Shown here piece by piece: positions 38,550 through 46,856 of a stretch of 64,000 nt of DNA. The position numbers and the translations under genes are program-made. Under the pieces are notes generated by a model. It saw only the letters and a list, made by a program, of their open reading frames with translations. It had not been told where the DNA came from and did no database searches. The stretch comes from Polyangiales bacterium (GTDB lineage: Bacteria > Myxococcota_A > Polyangia > Polyangiales > Ga0077539): positions 448,001 through 512,000 of the forward strand of contig JBGARZ010000001.1 in assembly GCA_044229975.1 (NCBI GenBank), read 5' to 3'. Position 1 is the first letter of the stretch. Each line of letters begins with the position of its first letter.

Positions 38550-40223
38550 TCAGACGTGGATGCTCTGGGCGACCCGCGACGGGAGCAGGTACGGAAAGCG
38601 CCACTGCCGACCGGCGTCGCGCATCACGCTCTCGGCCTCGATGGTCGCCAGCTCGTCGCGCAACGCCGTCGCCAGCGCCTCGACCCGCGGGTCATCGAAC
38701 CAACCCGGGGGGAACTCCCCCAGGGTGTTGAGTCGCAGCTCGCGCTGCGGGAGCGTGAGGTCGAGCATGCGGTTGGCGATGCCGAGCGGCGCAAGGGCGC
38801 GGAGGTAGTCGTCGGAGGTTGGTTCTTGCGCGGGGTCGAGCGGAGGCGCCCAGAGAGCCGACGGGTAGGTCGCCGCCCACGCGTACTGGTCGTAGCCGTT
38901 GTAGTTGACCGCCGCGTGCCCGGCCGTGATCTGGAAGATCACCGTCGTCACGAGGTCGACGAGCTCATCGATCGTCGCGAGCGAAGGGAGGTCGTGCAGC
39001 GTCGCGCCGTCCGCGGCACCGAGCGCCGCATGCCAGGCGACGAGCTCGGGGTCGCGCGAGAGATCGGCGTCGCTCGTGTACCAGAGCCGGAGGTAGCCAT
39101 CGACCCAGCGGCGCAGCGCGTGCGCGATGGGCATGCCGTCGTCGCGGAAGGGGTACTCGGGCAGGGCGTCGACGTCGTCGCAGCCGCGCAGGGCGAGGTC
39201 GCGCCACGGGGCCGCGTCGCGCATCGAGCGCGAGCGGATGACCTGCACCGCGAGGTCGATGGACGCCTCGCGCGTCGGGGCGAGGAGCTCGTCGAAGTAG
39301 CCGCCGACCCCGATGACGTCGGTCTTCATGGTCTCGTTGGCGGCGGCGGTCATCTCGAAGTGCGGCCACAGGAGCCGACGCAGCGGGTGCTGCGGAGCGA
39401 GCTCACGCGCGGTGCAGACCTGCACACCGCCCGCGATGGAGTGGCAGATGCCGAGGTGCATCACCGCGCCGGCCCACACCGAGTCCGCGGCGTTGACGCC
39501 GAGGCGCGCGAGCCGCCAGCGCTCACCGTCGGCGGGCGTGTAGATGGGACCGCCCGCCGCGGTGCGCTGGATGGCCACCGGGCGCAAGGCGCCGTCGAGG
39601 GTGCGGACGAACAGCGCCAAGGGGCTATCGCAGTAGCGGGGATAGCCCTGCGTCGCGCCCATCGGGACACCCGCCAGGGCCGAGAGGTCGAGCACGTAGA
39701 CGCGTCCCTCGGCGCGCGCCCGGTCGAGCGAGTCGCCGTCTCCGATGGCCGCGCGGAGGTGATCGTCGGTCACCGGGAAGCGCGGGTCGGCCTCGCGCTG
39801 TCGCCGCAGGTGGGTGGAGTTGCAGCCCGCGACCCGCTGCCACGCGAAGAAGCCGTCGTCATTGGAGAAGTCCTGGTAGGCCGTCGCGGGCAGCGTGTGG
39901 AAGAGGCCGTCGTAGTGCTGCTCGGCCTCCAGGGCGACCATGCTGCGCTCGGCGACCCCGTTGCTCACGTTGGGCATCCCGATCTGGGCGTGCACGCGGA
40001 GCAGGCGCGGGTCGAGCGCCGCCGCGACGCGGGTGCTGGCCAGCATGCTCTGGAGCTTGACGACCTTGAGCACGTACGCCGGGGTGTAGCGGTCGGACGC
40101 GGACTTCGCGGCGAGGGGGAGGCCCCGCTGGTCGGGGTCGAAGCGCCACTGCACGCGCTCGGCTTCGAGGGCGGCGCGGCGGGCTTCGGGGGCGGGGTCT
40201 TCGTGCGGGAGGGAGGCGTTCAT
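38550..40223 (-). CDS. lipoxygenase, divergent copy
   Basis: F.WQRVAG.N, W..A.L, HLGICH, HP...LL.PHF, YPFRDD, HAAVN, C-terminal SIHV. Confidence 0.88.
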   Translation of the reverse strand: MNASLPHEDPAPEARRAALEAERVQWRFDPDQRGLPLAAKSASDRYTPAYVLKVVKLQSMLASTRVAAALDPRLLRVHAQIGMPNVSNGVAERSMVALEAEQHYDGLFHTLPATAYQDFSNDDGFFAWQRVAGCNSTHLRRQREADPRFPVTDDHLRAAIGDGDSLDRARAEGRVYVLDLSALAGVPMGATQGYPRYCDSPLALFVRTLDGALRPVAIQRTAAGGPIYTPADGERWRLARLGVNAADSVWAGAVMHLGICHSIAGGVQVCTARELAPQHPLRRLLWPHFEMTAAANETMKTDVIGVGGYFDELLAPTREASIDLAVQVIRSRSMRDAAPWRDLALRGCDDVDALPEYPFRDDGMPIAHALRRWVDGYLRLWYTSDADLSRDPELVAWHAALGAADGATLHDLPSLATIDELVDLVTTVIFQITAGHAAVNYNGYDQYAWAATYPSALWAPPLDPAQEPTSDDYLRALAPLGIANRMLDLTLPQRELRLNTLGEFPPGWFDDPRVEALATALRDELATIEAESVMRDAGRQWRFPYLLPSRVAQSIHV

Positions 40224-40279
40224 CGCGGCGGTCCTTTGCAGTGGATTCCCCCCACCGAGGCGGACGGACGGACGGCGGG

Positions 40280-42058
40280 TCAGATGATGATCGAGGCCGG
40301 GACGAGCGACGGGCGCAGGTAGCCGTACGGGAGCGTACGGTGAGCCTCCCGCGCGACGATGTCGGACTCCAACGATGCGAGGCGGGCGCGCATCGCCGAC
40401 AGCGGTGCCGCGACGCGTGGGTCATCGAACTTCGGGTAGTCGGCCAGCGCCGTGACGCGAATCGCCGAGAGCTGAAACACCGTGTACATCTGGAGCACGG
40501 TCACATCGAGGGGCGGCAGCGCGGCGATGTACGCCGCCTCGGTGTCGGGCGTCGCGAGGGTGGGCGGCGGCGCATAGAGCCCGGCGGCGATGCCGGGCAT
40601 GAAGCCCATGGTGGGGTACTGCGGGAAGTTGACGGCCGCGTGCTGCACCGAGCCGGTGAAGATCACGAAGGTGAGCAGCCCCGTGAGCGCGTCGACGGTC
40701 TGCACCGCGGGGACGCCCAGCAGGCGGCCGCCGTCGCGCGCCGAGAGCTCGGCGACGAAGTTCTGGAGCTCGGTGTCGCCCGCCACGACGGAGTCGTCGC
40801 GATAGTACAGCCGGAGGTAATCGCCCACCCACGTGCGCAGCGAGTCCCAGTGCGGGAGCGCGTCGTCGCGGTAGGGGAAGTCGGGCACGCAGTCGGCGTC
40901 GAGGAGGCCCTGCGACGCGAGGCGCGAGCGCGGGTCGGCGCGGCCGATGTCGAGCGTGCGGACGGCCTCGGCGGTGAGATCGCGCGTGATCGCGATGGGC
41001 TGCGGCATGAGCTGGTCGAGCGTTCCGCCGTCGGCGATGAGGCTGTTGCGCGCGGTGTAGTTGATGAAGTGCGTGACCTTGAAGTGCGGAGCGAGCAGCA
41101 CCGCGACCGGGTGGGCCGAGGCGAGGTTGCGGTTGGCCGCGATGGCGAAGGGCTCGACGACGAGGTGCGTGCGACCGAGGTGCTCGCGGGCCTCGTGCAG
41201 GCTCCCCTCGCCCAGCGAGAGGAAGGCCTGCGCGATGCGCCAGCGCCAGCCGTCGGCGGGCGTGAAGATCGGGGCCGCGGCGCCGGGCGTCTGGGCGCAC
41301 TGGATGGCGACCGGGAGCATCGCGGCCGAGCGGTCGAGCGGGCGCACGAAGAGCCCCATCGCGGCGGCGGTGTACTTCTTCCGACCGGCGTTTTCGGTGG
41401 TGGCGACGCCGGCGAGGGCGGCGCAGTCGGAGAGAAACAGCCGCCCCTCGGCGAGCGCACGTGCGAGGGAGTCGGCGGGCCCGCGCGGGAGCAGCGTAGC
41501 GAGGGCACGGGAGAAGTGCCCCTCGTCGACCGGGAAGTGGTCGGGCAGACGATCGCGCAGCTGCTGGAGGGTGAAGGGGTTGGGGCCCGCGAGCTCGTGC
41601 CAGCCGAAGACGAGGTCGCGGTCGGCGGGCGCCTTGCGGAGCCGCGCGACCATGGGGATGGCTTCGAGGCCGTCGGTGAGCGAGCCGAAGGTGTCGAGCG
41701 AGGTGACGGGCTGCTTCGCCGTGTCAGCCGCGGCTTTTTCAGTGGCGTCCCAGAAGTTGCGCGCGGCCTCGACGGAGCTGCGCGCCGCGATGACCGCGAC
41801 CTCCAGCGGCTTCGCGCGATCGGCCTTCCGGGCGGCGTCGACCTGCAGCGAGACGTGGTGGTCGGAGACGCGGTCGTTGGAGCGCGCGATGGCGACCAGG
41901 TAGTCGACGCCGGGCTTGTCGGTGAAGTGCAGCTCCTTCAGGCAGGCGATGCCGGGTGGGCTGCTGTAGTCGTACTGGCGTTCGGCGCGGCGCACCGCGA
42001 GCAGCTCGCGTCGCACCATGGGAAACGGGTCATCCGGGCTTAGGGTCGGCACGGGCAT
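40280..42058 (-). CDS. lipoxygenase
   Basis: LAGPNP, HE...HLGRTHL, HPV..LL.PHF, IN..AR..LI, PYRDD, QHAAVNF, C-terminal SIII; start MPVPTL with SD GGAG. Confidence 0.92.
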   Translation of the reverse strand: MPVPTLSPDDPFPMVRRELLAVRRAERQYDYSSPPGIACLKELHFTDKPGVDYLVAIARSNDRVSDHHVSLQVDAARKADRAKPLEVAVIAARSSVEAARNFWDATEKAAADTAKQPVTSLDTFGSLTDGLEAIPMVARLRKAPADRDLVFGWHELAGPNPFTLQQLRDRLPDHFPVDEGHFSRALATLLPRGPADSLARALAEGRLFLSDCAALAGVATTENAGRKKYTAAAMGLFVRPLDRSAAMLPVAIQCAQTPGAAAPIFTPADGWRWRIAQAFLSLGEGSLHEAREHLGRTHLVVEPFAIAANRNLASAHPVAVLLAPHFKVTHFINYTARNSLIADGGTLDQLMPQPIAITRDLTAEAVRTLDIGRADPRSRLASQGLLDADCVPDFPYRDDALPHWDSLRTWVGDYLRLYYRDDSVVAGDTELQNFVAELSARDGGRLLGVPAVQTVDALTGLLTFVIFTGSVQHAAVNFPQYPTMGFMPGIAAGLYAPPPTLATPDTEAAYIAALPPLDVTVLQMYTVFQLSAIRVTALADYPKFDDPRVAAPLSAMRARLASLESDIVAREAHRTLPYGYLRPSLVPASIII

Positions 42059-42195
42059 CGGAGGCTCCCCGGGCAGCGACCGACCGCTCGGTCGGACAGC
42101 GCCCTGCCGCGACGGTACGACATCAGAGCGCGCCGCGGGGAAGCATTGCTCACCCGGAGGTGTCCAGATCTGGACACCCCCAGCGAGGTGAACGG

Positions 42196-44118
42196 TCAGC
42201 GCAGGTCGCGGTCTTCGTCGGGGATGAGATCCTCGCCCGCCGGGCAGGCGATCTGCACGTGCGTGAGCCCGGCCGACGTCCGCAGGATGAGGAACACCAC
42301 GCGACGATTGGCCGTCCACGCCACGCGGTTGTGCGCGGGGTTGATGGGGCAGCGCTCGCCGTAGCCCGCGGCGTGGAGGCGGTCGTTGGAGATGCCGCGC
42401 TGCACGAGGGCCGCGACCACGCTGGCGGCGCGGTCGCGGGTGAGCTGGAGGTTGTGGTCGTCGTTGCCGCGCTCGTCGGCGTGACCCTGCACCTGGAGCA
42501 GCTGGATCTGGTCGTTGGCCCGCAGCGTCGCCGCGACGGCCTCGATGATGGGCAGGCTCTCCGGGCGAATCTGCGCCGAGTCGGTCTCGAAGTTGATCGC
42601 CTGGAGGATGCGGATGGTGTTTTCCTCCAGCACGGCGACGCCGGTGTCGGGGCAGCCGTCTTCGTCCTCGTGGGCGTTGTAGGTCTCCGGGTCGTTGGGG
42701 CAGCGGTCGCGCACGTCGGGGATGCGATCGTGGTCGTTGTCCGGGTCGGGGCAGCCGTTGTCGTCCTCGAAGTTGTCGCGGTCTTCGGGGTCGTTGGGGC
42801 AGAGGTCGTCGCGGTCGACGATGCCGTCGCGGTCGTTGTCCGGGTCGGGGCAGCCGTCGATGTCCTCGAAGTTGTCTCGGTCTTCGGGGTTGTCCGGGCA
42901 CTGGTCGACGTTGTCGAGGATGCCGTCGCCGTCGCGGTCGTTGTTGTCACGATCGGGGCAGCCGTCCTCGTCGGCCTCGCCGTCGCGGTCTTCCGGCGTG
43001 AGGGGGCACTGGTCGTCGCCGTCGCGGATGCCGTCCTGGTCGTTGTCGGGCTCAGGACACCCGTCGCTGTCTTCGAAGTGGTCGAAGTCCTCGGGCTCGT
43101 TGGGGCACTGGTCGATGTCGTCGCGGTACCCGTCGCCATCACGGTCGCCGATGGACGGCTCGAACACGAAGCCGATGAAGGCCCGCAGATCGGCCGCCGC
43201 GTCGCTGCCGGTGATGCGACGACCCGCGCCGAGCATCAGGTAGCTGTTGTCGACAACGAAGATCTTGAGCCCGCCGACGGCCTCGAAGGGCGTGGTGTTG
43301 GCCCCGAACATCGCGTTGGAATACGTCCCACCGTAAACCTCGGCGACGAGATCGACGGCGGTGCCGAGGCGCACGCTCATGCCGAGGCCCGCGGTGAGGG
43401 GCGAGCCGTAGGTCGTGTTGAGGAGCGTCGCGGCGTTGCCGAGGCCGAGGCGGTAGCCAAGGTTGAGGTCCATGCGGAAGCGCGAGACCGGGTGCCACTC
43501 GGCGGCGATGGAGGGCCAGAGCATCACGCCGGGGTCGCCCGCGAAGTTGCTCGGGCCCGACTGGAGGGGGATGCCCGCCTGGAAGACGAGCGCGAGGCCC
43601 CAGTGCGTCACGGTCGCGGGGAGCAGTCGTAGCTTGGCGTGGAGGGTGAGCGAGCCGAAGCCCTGGTAGTCGAGGCCGCCGACCCCCGGGGTGTATCCCG
43701 CGATGGGCTGGAGCGCGCCGTCGGAGCCCATGGGCCCAGGGCCGCCGACGAGGTGCACGGGGAGCTGGAGGCCGACCACGAGGCGGTTGAAGAGACCGAG
43801 GTTGGCCGAGAACACGCCGGTGAACATGTTCTCGACGAGCGGCACGTTGGTGTCGGTCTGCGTGCCGTTGACGAGCGTTCCCTGACGGGCGAGGCCGCGA
43901 CCCCAGTCGACGACGAGGCCGAAGGAGGTGTTGAGGTGCCCGAGGGTGTCGGTGCCGTTGACGGTGAACTGTCCCTTGGAGTCCACCGCGTGGCGGAACA
44001 ACCTCAGATCGAAGCCCGTGTCCGCGGGGAGCGCGTCCTGCGCGCGCGCCTCCGTGGCGAAGGCCGTGAGGGCAAGGGAAGCGACGAGGCCCGAGAGGTA
44101 TCCCACCGTTCTACGCAT
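42196..44118 (-). CDS. OmpA-family outer-membrane protein with thrombospondin type-3 repeats (TraB-like architecture)
   Basis: Signal peptide, beta-barrel, five D.D.DG..D..D.CP..PED.D.FED.DGCP units, OmpA_C (GHADERG....N..L...RA; NRRV). Confidence 0.9.
   Translation of the reverse strand: MRRTVGYLSGLVASLALTAFATEARAQDALPADTGFDLRLFRHAVDSKGQFTVNGTDTLGHLNTSFGLVVDWGRGLARQGTLVNGTQTDTNVPLVENMFTGVFSANLGLFNRLVVGLQLPVHLVGGPGPMGSDGALQPIAGYTPGVGGLDYQGFGSLTLHAKLRLLPATVTHWGLALVFQAGIPLQSGPSNFAGDPGVMLWPSIAAEWHPVSRFRMDLNLGYRLGLGNAATLLNTTYGSPLTAGLGMSVRLGTAVDLVAEVYGGTYSNAMFGANTTPFEAVGGLKIFVVDNSYLMLGAGRRITGSDAAADLRAFIGFVFEPSIGDRDGDGYRDDIDQCPNEPEDFDHFEDSDGCPEPDNDQDGIRDGDDQCPLTPEDRDGEADEDGCPDRDNNDRDGDGILDNVDQCPDNPEDRDNFEDIDGCPDPDNDRDGIVDRDDLCPNDPEDRDNFEDDNGCPDPDNDHDRIPDVRDRCPNDPETYNAHEDEDGCPDTGVAVLEENTIRILQAINFETDSAQIRPESLPIIEAVAATLRANDQIQLLQVQGHADERGNDDHNLQLTRDRAASVVAALVQRGISNDRLHAAGYGERCPINPAHNRVAWTANRRVVFLILRTSAGLTHVQIACPAGEDLIPDEDRDLR
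42645..43150 (-). repeat. five tandem TSP3 repeats of about 99-102 nt
   Basis: Recurrent GGGCAGCCGT/GGGCACTGGTC DNA units; boundaries approximate. Confidence 0.8.
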
Positions 44119-44211
44119 GGCGACGGCGACGCTAACAGATCCCCAATGGCGGGGTCATCAATCGCGCGAACGGGTGTACAAGCGCCCGCGGAAGGCTCAA
44201 CGGAGAGACCA

Positions 44212-45030
44212 ATGGCGACCAGCAACGCAGGGGTGGTGCTCATCACGGGGGCCTCGTCGGGCATCGGCGAGGCGTTGGCGCGGGAGTACGCGCGGCGCGG
44301 CTGGAAGACCGTGCTCCTGGCCCGGCGGGTCGAGCGCATCGCGACGCTCGCACAGGCGTTGGGCGGCGACGGGCACAGCCTCGCGGTGGCCTGCGACGTG
44401 ACCCACGACGGCGACTGCGAAGCCGCGGTGGCGAGGGCGGTGGAGGTCTTCGGCGGCGTCGACGTGGTCATCGCCAACGCGGGCTTCGGCGTCGACGGGA
44501 GCTTCGATCAGCTCACCCTCGATGACGTGCGGCGGCAGTTCGAGACCAACGTGTACGGGGTGCTGCGCACCGCGAAGGCGGCGCTGCCGGCGCTCACGCG
44601 ATCGAAGGGGACCTTCGTCGCCATCGGCAGCGTGGCGGGCTTCGTCCCGGCGCCGGGGAGCATGGCCTACAACATGTCGAAGGCGTGCATCACGTCGTTC
44701 TGCGACACGCTGCGGACGGAGTGGGGTCCGAAGGGAATCGCCGTGACGCACGTGGCGCCGGGCTTCGTGGAGAGCGACATCCGCCGCACCGACCGCACCG
44801 GGGTCTTCAAGGAGACGCGCAAGGAGTCGGTTCCGGGGTGGCTCATCATGCCGGCGAAGACTGCGGCGCGGCAGATCATGGACGCCGTCGGGCGGCGCGA
44901 GGACGAGGTGATTCTCACGCGCGTGGGGAAGTTCGGCGTCGGGATGGCGCGGCACGCACCGGCCATCACGCGGGCGATCTTCGGCTTCGCGGCGCCGCGC
45001 GTGGGCAGCCGCAAGGCGAAGGATGGTTGA
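44212..45030 (+). CDS. short-chain dehydrogenase/reductase
   Basis: ITGASSGIG, NAG, YNMSK; SD GGAGA. Confidence 0.92.
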   Translation: MATSNAGVVLITGASSGIGEALAREYARRGWKTVLLARRVERIATLAQALGGDGHSLAVACDVTHDGDCEAAVARAVEVFGGVDVVIANAGFGVDGSFDQLTLDDVRRQFETNVYGVLRTAKAALPALTRSKGTFVAIGSVAGFVPAPGSMAYNMSKACITSFCDTLRTEWGPKGIAVTHVAPGFVESDIRRTDRTGVFKETRKESVPGWLIMPAKTAARQIMDAVGRREDEVILTRVGKFGVGMARHAPAITRAIFGFAAPRVGSRKAKDG

Positions 45031-45087
45031 GGGATCGCTGGTCTTGTGAAGATCGTCGCGCCCGGCAGCCCTCGAACTGGTTGCTCC

Positions 45088-45600
45088 CTACCGCAGATCG
45101 AGCACGCGCCAATGCCCACCGACGCGCACCAGCGTGTCGATGCGGAAGCGCCGCGTCGTCCCATCGACGATGAACTCCACCACCGGGCCGTCAGCGCACT
45201 GCGACGTCGCCGCGCCGAAGCGACCGCACCGTCGCGGGTCGATGGAGTCGCGCGCGAACCCACCGCCACCGATGGACACGAAGCGCCCGCCCGCGAGCCG
45301 CGGTCGCAGGTCGCGCGCGTCGCGGCTCAGCGCCTCCAACTGACGCTGCACGAGGATCCCGCCGCCATCGGGACCAGCGTCGCCCGACTCGCGTAGGCCG
45401 AACACCGCGCGCAGCTCCGCGGGCGTCGCGAAGACACCCACCGGGTCGCGCACGCCATCCCGAACGACCTCCAACACCCGCCGCGCGAGCTCGGTGATCT
45501 CCGTGCGCTCGGCCGGCGTCAGCCGGCGCGGGGTCGCGTGCGCCGCCCCGGTCGTCAGTGAGGCGAGCATCATCCACGTCGCGAGGGTCGTCGGTCGCAT
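45088..45600 (-). CDS. hypothetical exported protein
   Basis: Signal peptide ending in AHA; follows trmL. Confidence 0.6.
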   Translation of the reverse strand: MRPTTLATWMMLASLTTGAAHATPRRLTPAERTEITELARRVLEVVRDGVRDPVGVFATPAELRAVFGLRESGDAGPDGGGILVQRQLEALSRDARDLRPRLAGGRFVSIGGGGFARDSIDPRRCGRFGAATSQCADGPVVEFIVDGTTRRFRIDTLVRVGGHWRVLDLR

Positions 45601-45612
45601 CGGCGCCCGATG

Positions 45613-46179
45613 CTATCGCACGAAGTCGTCGGGCTCGGGGTGCGACTCGTCCGCAGCCGCCTCGATGCGCGCACCCGCGAGCGCGCCCACCGAGCGCATC
45701 GCCTCGTACACGATGATGGCCGCCGCGCTCGCGAGGTTGAGCGAGCGCACCGCGCCCGCCGTGGGGATGCCGAACACGTCGCCGGGGTAGCGGTCGAGCA
45801 CCTCCGCGGAGAGACCCGATGACTCCTTGCCGAAGACCAGCGCGTCGCCCGGCGCGAAGTCCGCGTCGAGGTAGCTGCGCGCCCCGGTGGCGCTGAAGAG
45901 TCGCACGCGACCGGGAGGGCGGAGGCGCGCGTGGGTGAGCGCGAAGGTCGACCAGTCGGGGTGCGTGTGGAGCTCGACGAGGTGCCAGTAGTCGATACCC
46001 GCGCGGCGAACGCTCTTGTCGTCGATGCGAAACCCGAGGCGGCCAACGAGGTGCAACGGACTCTGCGTCGCGGCGCAGAGGCGCGCGATGTTGCCGGTGT
46101 TCTGGGGGATCTCGGGCTCGACCAGAACGACCTGGAAGGGAGAGCGCATGGGCGCAACGCGGAGCTTGGGCGACGGCAT
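45613..46179 (-). CDS. trmL: tRNA (cytidine(34)-2'-O)-methyltransferase
   Basis: PEIPQNTGNIARLC, RRAGIDYW, FGKES.GL, RSLNLA; start may be 46149. Confidence 0.93.
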   Translation of the reverse strand: MPSPKLRVAPMRSPFQVVLVEPEIPQNTGNIARLCAATQSPLHLVGRLGFRIDDKSVRRAGIDYWHLVELHTHPDWSTFALTHARLRPPGRVRLFSATGARSYLDADFAPGDALVFGKESSGLSAEVLDRYPGDVFGIPTAGAVRSLNLASAAAIIVYEAMRSVGALAGARIEAAADESHPEPDDFVR

Positions 46180-46273
46180 CGGTGAGGTCTCTCGCGACGG
46201 GTGATCGCACGCGCTCGCTGCGGCGTCACGCCCCGCGCGGCGGCACGCACGTCACAGAGCCACCGTGCGCTGG

Positions 46274-46288
46274 TGGCACATGGATTGC
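46274..46288 (+). promoter_or_regulatory. sigma54 -24/-12 promoter
   Basis: TGGCAC-ATGGA-TTGC matches the TGGCAC-N5-TTGC consensus, 46 nt upstream of the ATG at 46335. Confidence 0.65.
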
Positions 46289-46334
46289 CGAGCGGGGGAT
46301 GACCAGCACCCCGTTCTGCCCCTCGGAAACCTCC

Positions 46335-46787
46335 ATGAAGAACACCAATCTCTCCGCTCCCATCGTCCGCTTGATCGAGCGATTTCAAGCCTGGCATCAG
46401 ACCGCCTCCGACGACCGCACGGGCCTCTCGTCGGGCGAGCGTGGAGCCCTCCTCAACGAGCTCCTCGGGCTCCTCGAAGAGCACCCGCGCGGCGCTCGCT
46501 CGGCCGACCCGTGGCGCCTCTTCGCGGGCCTCTTCTCGCAGCGCGCCGCGACCGCCACGGAAGAGCGCGCACGCCGCGAACGACAGGTGCTTCGCGCCTA
46601 CGAGCAGCTCTGCGAGTGCGAGCTGCCGTTTCACGTCTCGAGTGTTCTCTTGCGCCACTACAGCGTCATCAAGCGCGCGTCCCACGTCGCCGACGACGAC
46701 CGGCTCAACCCCCCGACGCCCGCGCGCGGAACCGCCATCCCGCGCATGTCCCTCGCCGCGATGCCCGTGCGCGTTGCGGCCCGCTGA
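46335..46787 (+). CDS. hypothetical protein, 150 aa
   Basis: ATG at 46335 downstream of the sigma54 motif; helical, protein-like sequence. Confidence 0.55.
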   Translation: MKNTNLSAPIVRLIERFQAWHQTASDDRTGLSSGERGALLNELLGLLEEHPRGARSADPWRLFAGLFSQRAATATEERARRERQVLRAYEQLCECELPFHVSSVLLRHYSVIKRASHVADDDRLNPPTPARGTAIPRMSLAAMPVRVAAR

Positions 46788-46856
46788 CGACAACAGGATG
46801 GTCACAGTGAGGCAGATTGACAGAGGCGCTTCGCTCGATGCGGCGGAGCTGTCGCC

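Noticed and set aside
36492..40322. 1276-aa plus-strand ORF
   Set aside because: Antisense shadow of the kinase-cyclase and lipoxygenase genes.
42059..42901. Apparent 873-aa lipoxygenase with a long N-terminal extension
   Set aside because: The extension is an off-frame read of the ompA 3' end; the real start is MPVPTL at 42058.
42196..44118. Calling the TSP3-OmpA gene traB (kin recognition)
   Set aside because: Architecture fits, but no traA-like gene is upstream and myxobacteria have many such paralogs.
45613..46179. Functional link between trmL and the tRNA cluster
   Set aside because: Housekeeping gene 44 kb away, known to act mainly on tRNA-Leu; no evidence of linkage.
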